Positions 38,340 to 51,299 of a stretch of DNA of 64,000 bases are shown one piece after another; positions within the stretch are counted from its first letter, which is position 1, and each line of letters opens with the position of its first letter. The notes beneath the pieces were generated by a model. The model was not told the DNA's origin. It saw nothing but the letters and a program-made list of their open reading frames with translations, and searched no databases. A program made the translations under genes and the position numbers. The DNA is taken from assembly GCA_026770705.1 (NCBI GenBank), contig JANJGN010000064.1, forward strand, positions 1,736,001-1,800,000, read 5' to 3'. The stretch is from Isurus oxyrinchus. Lineage: Eukaryota.

Positions 38340-39800
38340 GCAAAATTAAAAGGAATTCTTTATGTAAGTGATGGTGCTGTATGACGGTGCGAATTGAGAA
38401 TTCTGAGCGTGGTATAATGGAGGCAGCAGATCAGCCAGAAAGTTACTGAATTTTTGTGAAGCCATGAAACACGTTATACATCTGCTCCTATTTCTCATAT
38501 TCTTTGAGGCACTGCTCAGACGAAGCACGAGGATTACATTGACACTGGATTGGAAGCAGTGCTGATTCCGCAGTTTGGTTGGTTACTTTAGGAGTTCACT
38601 TCTCATAATCTTAGATTTGTATAATTTCAGGAAGGGTAAAGCAGAGACGGTGCCCGTCCTGCCTTTGCTGGTTCGCTCAAGGAGACATTCACCTAGTATC
38701 AATCCCCTACCGTTTTCTGCATCTTTCCACCCCGCCCCCCCCAACACCCTCCACCCCGCCTTTTCAGGACTTCTACTTGTTTCTAATCTCTTGAGAAAAG
38801 AAGAATGAAGGGTGGACTGATCGAGATTTCTACCCAGTTAGAGTCTAGGGTTAGATGAAATAGGGAGAAACTGCTTCCGCCGTCGGGACGAATGGAGTTG
38901 AACCAACACATATTGCTGGCACTAATTCACAGATTCAGTGTCTCGGATAACCAAGGGAAAAGTCCAGAAGAACTTATCACACTGAGAGCAGCTGGGAATC
39001 TAGAAATAATTCCTAAAAATTATCAAGGACACCGAAATTTCGGGAAAAAATTCTTCATTGTTTGCAAACCGATTAAACATATTCATCTCTTCTGTTCTCT
39101 TGAATAAGTCAGTAAGCTTTGCTTTTGTTAAACTGTAATTTCACTGGGATTAAACCGTTTGACCCAAAAGGCTGCACTTGGAATACGTCAGGAGCAATGG
39201 GCCCTCAGAATAAAGGCCTGATGCTCTACTGACACGGCTATCCGGGCTGTATTGAACGTTTTTCCCATCGCTGCCTTCACCGTCTAACAGGAGTCTTCAC
39301 AGCGTTTATATTTTTTTTTCATTTCCTTCTGTGGTAATTCACTGCCTGCAACACATTTACCCCACAGGCAGACCTGCAGCCTCCCTTTGGCTTCATTTCA
39401 CAAATCTTCTAAAAAGCATCACCTATTCGCTCCCAACCACTGGCGTGTGAAGTGACAATTGTCGTTATCCTTTTATGTGCACTTGACCTTCAAAGCTTTG
39501 AAGGGTGTATATATTTCAGGGAGTTACTAAGTTGCAGGAATTGAAAACCGAGCTCCACAGCCACAGAGATTGATTTCGTGAGTGGTAAATAATTTATTAT
39601 GTTTCTTGTTTGAGGAAAGTGTGATACTATTCCGTTGAAAGCAATACAGCTCACTCGGAGTGACGTTTAAATTTTATGAATCGCTAAGTGTAGGGATGTA
39701 AATGGATCTGTCAACCCGAGACCATCATTAAAACGATCCACCATTTAACCCTACCCACTCTTTCTTGTATAACGTGCAGTAACATAAACCAGTGAACCTC
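38340..39800 (-). repeat. Inverted copy of the tRNA-Lys cluster unit
   Basis: Reverse complement matches about 14640-16020 (ccctttggcttcattt, gaagcagtgctgatt, tatttctcat). Confidence 0.8.
39161..39247 (-). pseudogene. tRNA-Lys(TTT) pseudogene
   Basis: Minus strand GCCCGGATAGCCGTGTCAGTAGAGCATCAGGCCTTTATTCTGAGGGCCCA; T-arm disrupted by a short insertion. Confidence 0.8.
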
Positions 39801-42800
39801 CTCCCTTGTTCTGCTAAACCTGTAATAAAGCAAAGTGTTTCCTTAAGTAAACACCTCTAACTGTAATGTTGGTCCATCGGGCTTCAAATAGCGGCACATA
39901 AACTCAAATGTTTTTTTTCGGACATTGTTACGTTGATGTAACCTTCATAACATCTGCCTCCATCTTATCTTTTACTGGGTTTAACAGGTTTAATTTCATC
40001 ACGTTTCTATCTTTGCCTCTTCATGTTACATTCAGACGGTTGCTATGCAACCATTTTCAACCCTATCTGGACATGTCTTTTAATACTTCACCATAACCAT
40101 TATAACTCTCGACAGCTGTTACATCAGGAAAAATGTTCTCCGCTTCCCTCCACCATCAGACATTCGCCTTTGTACATCCTGCCCTTTCCTACTCTCCTCG
40201 TTTTTAAAAGTAGGTATATTTATATTTTTCTTCATTTCTGATAAGTCATCGACCTGCACAGGTCACGCTGATGCCACCACAGGTGCCGCCTGACCTGCTG
40301 ATTATTTCCAGGTGGTTTGTTTTTATTCCCAGCAATCACGTTGCATTGCTTTACTATCTGAAAGTTTGGTGGAATGAGATTCAATCTGAATTTAAAGAGA
40401 ACTAATTTACAGGGTGACGTGGGAAGCGGGATTGTGGGACAAAATTGACAGCTCTTTCCAAGAACGGGCACAGAGTCGACGGGCCGACAGGCTTCCTTCT
40501 GAACTGCAGGATTTGATGAATCGTGGCTTTAATTTCTGCATTGACCACGAGATTAGAAAATAGCTGAAGACGTGAAGGTGATGACCGAATGGCTGCAGAT
40601 CATTGCCTGATGTTTTGTGCCGAACATGTAATGCATATAAGATGATCTCAAGCACAACATAGGTCTACAAATTACTATTATATTAACTCATAAAACCCTT
40701 AATTAATTTGGCTTCCAATTACAGCCCCGTTAAGGCAACAGTAAAAACAATTACATTTAAACAGACCCCAGCATGTCGACACAATACCCTGGTCAGAGGT
40801 ATTCAGACGGGCTATCCAAGCTTCGTCTGTGTAGACAGCAGGCTTAAATGCAAAAATACTGAAGGTTGTTTGCACTTCCAGTCCAACTTAGAATGCCTTG
40901 CCTGTCCTCGTTCTCCTTTATATATGTTTGCCCTTTTTAATATAAGCCCCATTGTTCCCATATGTCCTTGGACCTTTAACTGTCTAATAATATGAATCAT
41001 ATTGCTCATCATAGTGCTAATATTATCAGGAACATTTGGAAAAAATACCCATGATGAATGGTTGCCTTATCTGGCTAGGTGTAACATCCAACCATCTCTT
41101 TGAAATTGAAACTACTGTGATTTATCTTAAACTGCAAATTCTGCTCACCTCACATTCTAAGACTTCAGCCATGTTTTCCCATTTATCATTTCAAACCTAG
41201 CTTCATTTGATGAGTCAAATCCTCCAGACCAGTTGTCTCCAATTCAATTAAATCCCACACACACTCAGAGAAACTAATCAAATCCTCCTACTTTTAAAAT
41301 AAATCACAGTGATGTTATGAGAATTATTGTACGTTCTTGACATCTGAATTCCGTCCCTCAAACTCTATCCCCCTTTACCTCTCTCTTCTTCTTTCAAACA
41401 CTCGTTCAAATCTACCCATTTGGCCAGACAGTTCGTCATTTTCCAAAATACATCCTTGTGAAAATTCGTTCTGAATGTTGATATATAACGCTCATTTCAA
41501 GCACATTGGCAAGCAGAGTGGTGGGGAGTGTTATTTTGTCAAATGCAACAGATACATAGAAGATTCTGCTGTGTTGTTCAGTTGAGCGGACTTCAAAATT
41601 AAATTCTGTGGATCCATTGAATGTTAATATATCCATCCAGTCAAAGCTTGGGATGTGGATATTGATGAGGATCACTGCTGAATCGGGGATGTCGAGTTTT
41701 ATCTATAGTTGGCTCCCATTTTTAGCAGCAGGTACCAGAGGCTATCCACGTTCATCATGCCAGAACACCAGCATCAATTTCCAATTTGTTAACTTCCATG
41801 TGGTGACCAGGACTGCACACAGTACTCAAATTGTTGTCTAACCAATGATCGATAAAGTGCCAAAATAACCTCGCTGCTAGCATATGTTGTGCCTCGTCTA
41901 TTAAACAAAATGATTCTACCCGACTTCTTAAACACCTCATTAGCCTTTCAAGTTCGGGAATCTGTGGAGATTCGCTGCAATGTCCATCACTTCCTCTAAA
42001 CCTCGCAATATTCTCTTCATTAATTCTATATTCCCCTCGGCCTGTTTGAGCACCCCAGCTGCATTACATCGCTCTCCCCCACTCCCTTTAGCACTTTTCT
42101 GACCTCCTAACCAGTAAATTGATATCTTCCTGATATCAAACCTCCTCACTCTCAAACACTCTCGTTGCTTGAAAGCTTCATGAAGATTCTCCCTATATAT
42201 GTATTGCCAAATAGCTAATATGTGTCATGAAAAGCACGGCTAAATATGCATGTGACTTTTTTTTCAGCAGAGAAATCTGGTTGCTGCAAATCTATGTCCC
42301 CAATACCTTTAACGCTGATGTTTTCAGGATTCACGTCGGAGCTCGGGCGCTCTTTTAAATGTAAGTTCTGCATTGGCTCTGCCATGCAGCCAGATGAAGA
42401 ATTACCAATGATCTTTGCAGCAAAACAGTGCAACGGATTTGAAAACTTTGCATTATAACTACACACCGTTGATTGGTGACACATAACCTCCTGGGCTCAG
42501 AAATCAATGCTGCCCCCGTCTAATTCCAACCAATCTCGAACGCTCCGTTATGAAGACAGCCAGAAGAGGGTAAATGGGAGGCAAAACAGGAGTGAGCTCC
42601 CCCATAATGTTAGTCTGCGACTTGTGAAGCGGCGCTGTTGCATGACTGTTAATCAGATAAATACATCAACAACAGAGGCATTTGGCCTGTTACTTACCGC
42701 TTTCCCTAATTGCTCTGATCGCCTCAAATTCATCGATTGAGGGCCAGGGGTTAAAATAGTTCAGTTCCCTGACATTACAACTCCCCCGAATGATAGCACC

Positions 42801-43364
42801 AAATGTGAATTTCAACAGATAATCGGAAAGTTCTTGTTTAAGCCCCCGTCGTGTATTTGCACGACTGTGAGCACATTCCTTCTAACTCGCCATGAAATCC
42901 ACACGCTTCAATTCCAACATCCTTGAGATACAGCAACATTTCGACACTGTTCTTACTTCAGTGTTTGAAGTGCTTATATATTTTATTTAATTTAGCATCC
43001 TTCCGAAGGCAATTGTGAATGAGCAACTTACACTGGTCATGCGGACATGCCCACACCCCATGAAATAAATAGAAAAGAGATTGCATGTGGTATCAGCCTA
43101 TTGATGACGGGAGCTTTTGCAACTTAAGGTTTGCTTTGGACAGATTACTTTCATCATTGAGAAGAAGGATAACAGCTTTGTTAAGATCGGATCATTTAGC
43201 AGCTCTGAGAAAAAACATAGCCTTACAGTTTGCTCGTAACCTGAAGCATGAAGTGGGCAAATAGGAGAGTTCCTGGCCGTGCGCAATCAATCAGCTGAAT
43301 GCTGAATCCTGCACTCACTGAACGTTAAATTTGAAAACCAGATAGAAAGGCAAATCCACCAGGT

Positions 43365-43438
43365 GGCCGGTTAGCTCAGATGGTTAGAGCGTGGTGCTAA
43401 TAACGCCAAGGTCGCGGGTTCGATCCCCGTACGGGCCA
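43365..43438 (+). tRNA. tRNA-Ile(AAT), intact
   Basis: GGCCGGTTAGCTCAGATGGTTAGAGCGTGGTGCTAATAACGCCAAGGTCGCGGGTTCGATCCCCGTACGGGCCA, 74 nt, full cloverleaf, anticodon AAT, intact A and B boxes. Confidence 0.97.
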
Positions 43439-43883
43439 ACGTATATTATTCGACGTAGAAGTAATTAAAGCCCACATTCCGGTTCAGTTGTTATTCCTCC
43501 GCTGTCACATGGAAAGAGCCTTTCAAAAATTCTTCTGCACCGTTGCAGGCTGAGTTTTATTTTCCATCCATGCTTCCTGAATGTGGAACATTTCTGCCTC
43601 TATTTCTGACAAATCCGTCCTTCTTTTAAACATTCTGTGCCACAAATTTGTTGGTGACAAGGCAACAAATCTTTGCTACTGTACAACGGAACTCTTGCAA
43701 ACGACGCTCTGTTCAGCAAATATATCTTTACAGCTCCCTGGTAACCTGAAGGTTTGACTGGCCAAATAGAGGAGTTCTAGCCTGTGCGCGATCAGTCAGC
43801 CAAGGAAGAATGCTGAATTCTCCACTCACTGTTAGATTGAATTTGAAAAGCATTTGATCAAACTAGGAAACGTGCAACTTGGC

Positions 43884-44133
43884 GACCAGTTAGCTCCTAC
43901 ATAAAGGCAAAATGCTGCGGATGCTGGAAGTCTGAAACAAAAACAAAACATGCTGGAAAGCAGAGTCTTCAGAGTCATACGGACTCGAAATTTTAACTGT
44001 GTCTTTCCCTCTACAGATGTTGTCGACGTGCTGAGTTTTTACAGCACTTTCTGTTTTTGATCAGTTAGCTCCAATGGGTAGAGGATGATGCTAATAGAAT
44101 TGAAGCTCTCGGGCTCGATCCCCATTGAACAAC
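43884..44133 (+). pseudogene. tRNA-Ile(AAT) pseudogene interrupted by a Penelope-type insertion
   Basis: GACCAGTTAGCTCC [insert 43898-44061] CAGTTAGCTCCAATGGGTAGAGGATGATGCTAATA...CGGGCTCGATCCCC; 11-bp direct repeat CAGTTAGCTCC flanks the insert. Confidence 0.85.
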
Positions 44134-45039
44134 TAGACATGGGAGATGTATGGTAAGTCTGCCCCTATTTCAGTTCAGCTTTAGTCCTTATACTGTTACG
44201 TTGTTAGAGGTTCAGTTGTAATTCCTATCCTGTCACATCAGAATAGATTTTTCGAATAGGACCATGTTCTCCTGTGGCATCGCAGGTTGAGTTTTTTTTT
44301 CTTCCACACTTCCTGTCTTTGGAAAATTTCTGCCTCTTGTCCTGAAAGATCCGTCCTTCTTTTCACACTTCTCTGCAACAAATCTGCCAGCATCATGGCA
44401 ACAAACATTTTCTGCTGTACAGCAAAACACTTGCAGACGAGCAGTGACATCGCCTGTGCCGTGCCTGCCGTTCGCTGCAATGCTGCAGGCAAATTCACTT
44501 GAGCCAACTTGCAAGTGTCAGTGCAACCAATCATACCAGCCAACCATAAAGTGATTGCATTCCAGCTATCAACAGCGTTCTATACGACAACAATAACCCG
44601 CTTCACAACAATTTCACCTAAATACTGCATCTGTCAGCAAAGTCTATCCATTAGCAAATTTCTCAAGAGTCAGTCAGCCGCTGGCGAGGCCAAAAAATCA
44701 TTTGCTGCTTCGAGATGTCTTTTAAAAAAGCAGCAGAATATATTCCTAATTTGTTGTTACTTATTCTCAAACATGCCCGGAACGTCGTCAAATACTGAAC
44801 CGCAATTCTACTTCATTGCTGAGCTACTTGTAAGCGACGGATAAGCCAGATCGCTGAGAACAGCGGTCTCTTCTTGATCTATTAGGAGAATATGCCAATT
44901 CGGTTGCCTAGGAACACAAATATTCATTTTATCAGCAACAGAACAACCTGCAGAAACGGGTGATCAACAAACTAATCATTAACAATGTTCATTGGGGCTC
45001 CCGCCCTGGCATGGATTTTTTGTTCCCATTGTCTTCCGG

Positions 45040-45410
45040 GGTAGCAGAATTTTCGCATGTATTTTATCTCCATTTCTCAATTTTCTTTTTATTTTATTAA
45101 TTAATTGTTTGACAATCAGGCACATTTTAACAGCTACCAGAGACCGCAGGGGACTCCCGGCACACAACAGCAAGAATCAGAATGCAACAGAGGTGGGAAA
45201 CCGAATAAAGCCCTTCATTTGCTTGTTCACTATATCAGGCAGTTTTATGATGCTGTGGTGGACAGCTGCTCTCTGTTATGTAACTATCAGCTTAGCCTTT
45301 ATTTCCGACCCGATTTTCCACCCCTGGCATACATCGCCTCTCAAACTGTTTATATGTTGATCTTTTGTGTTCCTCTCCAACAACTTGCGTTTATGCAGCT
45401 ACACAAGCTG
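45040..45410 (+). pseudogene. GPR139-like GPCR 3' fragment (TM5-TM7)
   Basis: ILSPFLNFLFILLINCLTIRHILTATRDRRGLPAHNSKNQNATEVGNRIKPFICLFTISGSFMMLWWTA, then shifted AYIASQTVYML and TCVYAATQ; homologous to 24602-25000; TM1-4 absent. Confidence 0.85.
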
Positions 45411-45707
45411 TTACCATCCTTTCATGCAGATAAATCCCCTCCAAATGAATGAAAGCAAACCGCGTTAATGCTCATGAGCAGAAAATCCTGCCTTTCCTCC
45501 CAAATATTTCAATTTCTTTGTTAAGATACATTTCAACCAGTTTCCTTAACACCTGTTGTTGCAGTTTGTTCCGTTTCTAGCAAATCTACGTTAACTAATT
45601 GCTCTGCGTAAATTATTTGTGTTTCCAAACTTCGAGTGAATTGGTTTAATTTAATGCATTTTCAAGTCAGGGAGCTGATGCGAGAAGATAATCATGTTAA
45701 TCATGGA

Positions 45708-45791
45708 GGCTGCGAGCAGTGTTTGAACGTTCACTCCCAACCGCATTAACAACAGTCATGCACAACACCGCAACCACTCGGTCGCCACAGC
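45708..45791 (-). pseudogene. tRNA-Ser-like pseudogene
   Basis: GCTGTGGCGACCGAGTGGTTGCGGTGTTG...GTTCAAACACTGCTCGCAGC versus Ser GCTGTGATGGCCGAGTGGTTAAGGCGTTG...GTTCGAATCCTGCTCACAGC. Confidence 0.6.
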
Positions 45792-46240
45792 TGGACAAAT
45801 GCAGCCTTGTTACATGTCGCTACAAAATGCCAGGCACAATGTAATGTACAAAACATCAGACAATTGCTTGGAATCATTCGTTCATCACCTTCACCTCGTG
45901 AGCCCTTTTCTAATCCCCCAGCCCATGTCGAAATGAAACTCGTGAATCGCGGAATCCTATCAGTCAGAAGGAAGCCTGTCGGCCCATCGAGGATGTCCAT
46001 GCTCTTTGATAGATCTGTTAATATTGTTCCACAATCCATCTTTTTCCCATTACCCTGTAAATTAGTACTATTGCAATCCCGATTGAACCTGATTCCACCA
46101 TCCTTTCAGCTGGAAAAGCACAGCAGCTTCAAAGCTGGCAATATAAAAAAAACAGAACTGCCAGAGAAAGAAATGCAACAAAAGTTTGCGATGCCTCTTT
46201 GTGGACAGTGAAGGCGGCTGTGGGAAGAATGTTAAACGAA

Positions 46241-46312
46241 GCCCAGGTACCTCTGTCGGTAGAGCATCAGTCTTTTATCCTGAGGATCCAGGTTTCCATC
46301 GCTGTTTGGTCG
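46241..46312 (+). pseudogene. tRNA-Lys(TTT) pseudogene
   Basis: GCCCAGGTACCTCTGTCGGTAGAGCATCAGTCTTTTATCCTGAGGATCCAGGTTTCCATCGCTGTTTGGTCG; downstream 46310-47610 is another copy of the unit. Confidence 0.85.
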
Positions 46313-47619
46313 TTGTCTTTTTGGCTCAAGGTGTTCGCTCCTAGTAAAACGGCAACAAAACGAATCATGGACGTTCTTCAAGGAGAACTGAAGAAACGGA
46401 GAACCCTTTGATTTACAGAAAAATACCCACAATCTCGTAATTGCGGCAGCTTCGATCGACTTTAGAATTGTTTTCAGGTTTCCATTTACTCTAAGCCTGA
46501 AAAGTGCTTCCTGATTTTTGCCTTGGCTGTCACGATCGCTATGGATCAGAGGCAAAAACATATCAAGTTTCAACCCCATTCTTACCGGCGGGAGAAACAG
46601 TTTTTCCGTGTTTAACCTAACAAATCACTTTAACAGGTTTGAAAACTTTATTCTTCTATCCTGAAGGAAATAGAAAAGTTTGGAAGCCCTGAAAAGGGTG
46701 GAGAGTGGGGGGCGGTGTTATGCAGGGAACAGGAAGAAGGCGAAGGATTGATAATGGGAGAAATTCTCCTTCTGAAAGCCAGCACATAGAGGATGGGCCA
46801 AATGGCCTTCTGTTCTGTGCCCGTTCTATGATTATATTTTAAATGTCAGTGTATAGGCAATGAGGTTGAGGTCAAATTGAGATTATTTCAGCTGAGACTT
46901 CGAAATGACCCCAGGTTAGGGTTGCTGTAGGTTTTGGAATACATCAACAGCTTTTACTATTTTTCGTTCTTGGTTGAGAGAATTGCTGGTAAAGCCAACA
47001 TTTATTTGTGCATCCTTCTTCTCCACTGTACGTGCAAACTCTGCACAGCTTAAGTCTGATCCTTTGATTGTGGGACCATATCAAAAGAAAATGTCTGTGA
47101 GACAATAGGCACAAAAAACAAGTGTTGTAATGGGACAGAGATGCACAGGATTTGTCGAAGGCACTAGTTGAGTCTCAGTTGTTATATCCCGTCTGGCACT
47201 GATTGCTGCTCTATAGGAACGATATGATGATTTGAAGGATGTTGGAAAAAGGGCAGAAAATATTCACGAGAATACTCCTGGAATGAGGAACTTCAGTTAT
47301 GATGGTAGATTGGAGATGTTAGGACTGTTTTCCTGGGAGAAAAGAAGGCTGAGAGGAGATTTGATAGAAGGATTAAAAATCACGTAGTGCCTGGTCAGAA
47401 GGGACAGGGAGAAAGTGTTCCCGTTCGCCAAATGTTCAAGACTGAGATGGTAGAAATTTAAAATAGTTCATTTAAAAAAAGCAAAAGTGACACGAGGAAA
47501 CACTTTACTTTTCTTGCAAAAAGTGGTTAAGGCCTGGAATGCACGGCCTCAGAATGTGCTGGAGGCAGGTTCAAAGGAAGCATTAACAAGAGAGTTACAC
47601 TGTTATCTGGCTTTAAATC

Positions 47620-48640
47620 CTTGCTTGTGGCCCTGGGTCTCAGGTTCCAAGTCATAGGAAAAAATTTTCAAGAAGAATTACCAAATTCCTTCTGCAATCA
47701 TGATTATGGGTTTCGGTAAAGAAGCTTTCAGTCGGTAAAATGTAGGGACTGAGCTGTGCTTTAGTGTCCGGATTTGAAGAGGGTCAGGAGGGAGTTCAAG
47801 AACCAAGCAAAGTTCCAGTGGGGGAAAACTGAACGTTAGGCGATGAGGAAAAGCGAGGAATGTGAATGGCGTTCACCATCTTTCAAATTTTATTCAATGA
47901 AGGACCCAAAGGAAAAAAAAACATCTCTGTGCCAAGGAGCTGCTGATTAGTGCAGTGACCGGAAATAGAACTGAAATTAGCAGAAGTCTGGTGTTTACTG
48001 AGGGAGAGGAAACGGGGTAAGGAAGGAAACAAAAGACGGTGGATTCTGAATAGCTGCTGTCAAAAAGCAAAGGAAATGACGGAAAAAAGTAAATTTTAAA
48101 AATGAACCAAATGGTGGCAGAGATTAAAATCTAACTTTCTCTGTCATGTTACAGTCAGCGTTTACAAGATGCACGTTTATTGTCAGATTATTAATGAATA
48201 CTACTTGTATACACGTTAACAAATCGAGCATAGCCCGGTTCCTCTCCGTTTTAAAATACCTTTTTCAGCAAACTGTCCTCGATTCAATCTGCCAAAGCAC
48301 TATTTTCACAGAAATTACGATTCAGCCCAATTGAGGTGAAAGAGCCAGTTTCTGCGTTAACGCACGCACGGAAATGTCGCCTGACTGTGTGGGTTAAGGG
48401 CCCGTCTTTTCAAGGGGCTCTCATATCCCGGGAATCTCTGAAAACAACCGCAGATTCTTGACTCTGTTGATAAACAATCTTTATCTGCATCTGTCTCTCA
48501 CATACCAACCAATTTCAAGCTCTGTTTCTAATTGTGCGTGCTTTCCCTCGATGAATACCAGAGCAATCTCCTCGTCGGGGAATTGAACACTAGTCTCAGA
48601 CGTGACAAATGGAGATATTCACCACTATACTAACGAGTAA
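47620..48640 (+). repeat. Segmental duplicate carrying tRNA-Asp (partner 54490-55560; partial copies 21250-21550 and 22310-22760)
   Basis: ttcaccatctttcaaattttattcaatgaa, ccaaggagctgctgat, ctctgtcatgttacagtca shared. Confidence 0.9.
48568..48639 (-). pseudogene. tRNA-Asp(GTC) pseudogene
   Basis: TACTCGTTAGTATAGTGGTGAATATCTCCATTTGTCACGTCTGAGACTAGTGTTCAATTCCCCGACGAGGAG; 72 nt, anticodon and T stems mispaired. Confidence 0.9.
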
Positions 48641-49749
48641 ACTGAACTGCATGATGGGTACAGGTTTAGATCTTTCATGCCTCTGACATGCACAGACAAA
48701 CTCCTTTACAGCACAGCAAAGCAATGATCATTGCACTGCTGCCGAGGAGATGCTTTCTGACTGACCTAAACGAGAATAATTATCGTCCTGTTTAAAAAGC
48801 AATCTATTATATATAAAGACACAAAGTGCAATGGTGAACGTATGTGTGTGTGTGTGATGCGGAGGTAATGATAGAGAGGTGGAGAGAGACAGAGACTGAA
48901 AGAGCCAGTGATGCCAGAGGACTGAAGGATTGATTATGTTATATCCAAGTTGAAGAAAGTGGCGGTTGGAAATATTCTGATTTAAATTTCTCCCGCGTGT
49001 CTTTTCGGAACAAATCTCACCGAAACGGATCAAAATAATCTCCGAGCTTGGCATTTCTTATTTGAGAGTTTTAAAATTAACAATAATAAAAACAGAACAT
49101 ACTCGAAAAGCTCAGCAGGTCTGGCAGCTTGTGTAGAGAGAATAACCAAGTTAACGTTTCGAGTCGGCATAACTTCCTCAAACTGAGATTGGTGGGAATG
49201 GAACATGAATCAACTGCACGGAAGACAGATTATATTCACCACTGCACCACTGATGCTGATTACAGGCCCTTCAATGGCGGGAAAAATGCCAATGCACTTA
49301 CCAAGAACGTTAACATTAAAAATAAAATGGCCGGTTTCTATGCAGCCATTCACAATCTCATCTGGACACATCCTTTGTTTTTCTTGATCAGAATCATTAC
49401 AATTGTGTTCAGCTTTTGTACGATGGCACAGTTTCTCTCCTCCACCCCAACAACACACCGCCCCACCAAAAACCCTCAATCGCCTCTTTTGTTAAGTCTG
49501 CGCCCTCCCGCTCTCCACTGGTGAAACATTATATCCTTTTACAGTTCTATTGTTCTGATGAAAATCCATCGACCTGAACAGGTCATTGTGTTTGTTTACA
49601 TTGATGCTCTATGCTCTATGACCTGCTAAAGCATTTTGGGTCCTTTTTATGCTTATGTTTCATTTTCACTTTTCCAGTGACTGCACTGTTTTCATTTTCC
49701 ATTTCAAAGGTTTGTGAAAAAGTTGCGAACAATATTTATATTCCTCGTT

Positions 49750-51260
49750 CTTCCTCCTTGCTAATTATCCAGTTTTCTTCCTCCATAGGTCTGCTGTCTC
49801 GTGAGCTCCCTCCTAACGCTCCTCAATTCCAGACACTAAACCAAAGCTAAGTCCCTATGCTGAAGCCACTGATTGCCCCAGTAATGAAGTCCCCCTTTCC
49901 TGATTTCTGCAGTGATTTGACACAAGCTTTCCAAATGCTAAGGGAAACAGATCAATCAGTCGAAGAATCTATTTCTATTGGCTGGAAATCTCGGAGTGAA
50001 AACATTAAAACCAGAGATTCCAGCATGGAAATTAGGAAACTATTCTACACACAAAGCGAGCTAGAACTTCAGGGTCACATTCTGTGAACGAAATCTAATG
50101 TTTGATTGATTGTTATGTTTTCAATCTGAGATTGATCAAGTTTTGTTAAAGGAGGGTTTTAAGGAAAAAGAGGCAAAGGTGAGCAGATGGAGTTAGTCAT
50201 CAAATAGACACAACATTACTGAACATATTCTAGGGGCAAACTAGCCTCAGCAACAGCAAACCTCGAGTGAAACAACTAACCTACAGCTTTCTGGACTGAA
50301 CATTGAGTTCAAGAAATGTACATCATAATATCTGCCTCCATGTTCGTTGTTGCGCCTAATTTTATTTTCCGGGTTTGGTTTTGTCACGGTTCTTTCTTTC
50401 TACATCATGTTACAAATAGGCGGTTGCTATGCTGCCATTCACACCTTCATCTGGACACATTTTCTATTCTTTACTGTACCCACAGGAATACAGAAATGTT
50501 ACAGTGCAGCAGAAGGTCATTCGGTCCATCCTGTCTGCAGCAGACCTCCGAATGAGACATTCCCTGGCTTCTTCCTCTAGCCCTGCACATTTTTCCTTTG
50601 GAGATATCAGGCCAATTCTGTCTGACCCAATCTCAGGCAATACATCCCAGAACGGAACCACATACAGTGAAAACAAAAACATTCCCTCATGTCATTTTAT
50701 CTTCTTTTATCAACTAAATCCAACCTGTACCCTCTCAATCTCGATCCTTTCACGGGTGGGAACACATTCTCCCTATGTACACTGCCCAAACCCCTCATGA
50801 TTTTTAATACCTCTATCAAATCAGTTCCCAACCTTCACTTCCCCAAGGAAAACAGTGCTAACTTCTCCAATCCATCTGCATAACTGAAGTTCTGCATCCC
50901 AGAAACAATTCTTGAGGACATTCTCCCCACTATTTCCAATATCCTTCACATCTTCACTTTCTTCCTCAAATGCAGCGCCCAGAACCAGACGGAATACACC
51001 AGCTGGTGCTGAGATTGAGCCTCAAAAAAATCTTATTTGCCTCACACCCATTACAACACTCTTTGTGTCATGAAAAATGTTGTTCCCTGCCACACAGGCA
51101 ATCACTTTCGAAACGACCGCACAACTGCTGAGTCAGATCAAAGCTCTGCAGTCCTGCCACATCGAGTCACGTATGATGGTGGACAATTTAACATCTAACT
51201 GGAAGGGGAAGCTACGCGAATAAATGTTGGCCTGTTCACACATCATTCTAAATGCGTCTT
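49750..51260 (-). repeat. Inverted duplicate of about 19980-21560 (Penelope + CR1 + SINE pieces)
   Basis: Reverse complement matches: ttccagcatggaaattaggaaactattctacacacaaag vs 21205-21245; aacattgagttcaa vs 20935-20950; CR1 segment inverted. Confidence 0.75.
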
Positions 51261-51299
51261 CCTGACTTGGACATGCCTGGCTTAGTTTGAGTGCAACAA

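Larger units (their letters stand above)
43200..44440 (+). repeat. Tandem duplication of a tRNA-Ile unit (43200-43710 vs 43715-44440)
   Basis: Both flanks duplicated (caaata..gagttc..gcc.gtgcgc.atca.tcagc; ggttcagttg; atccgtccttctttt). Confidence 0.85.

Noticed and set aside
42610-42660. Short segment sharing GCATGACTGTT with the Ser-like pseudogene at 45708
   Set aside because: Too short and lacks a T-arm, so not called as a tRNA relic
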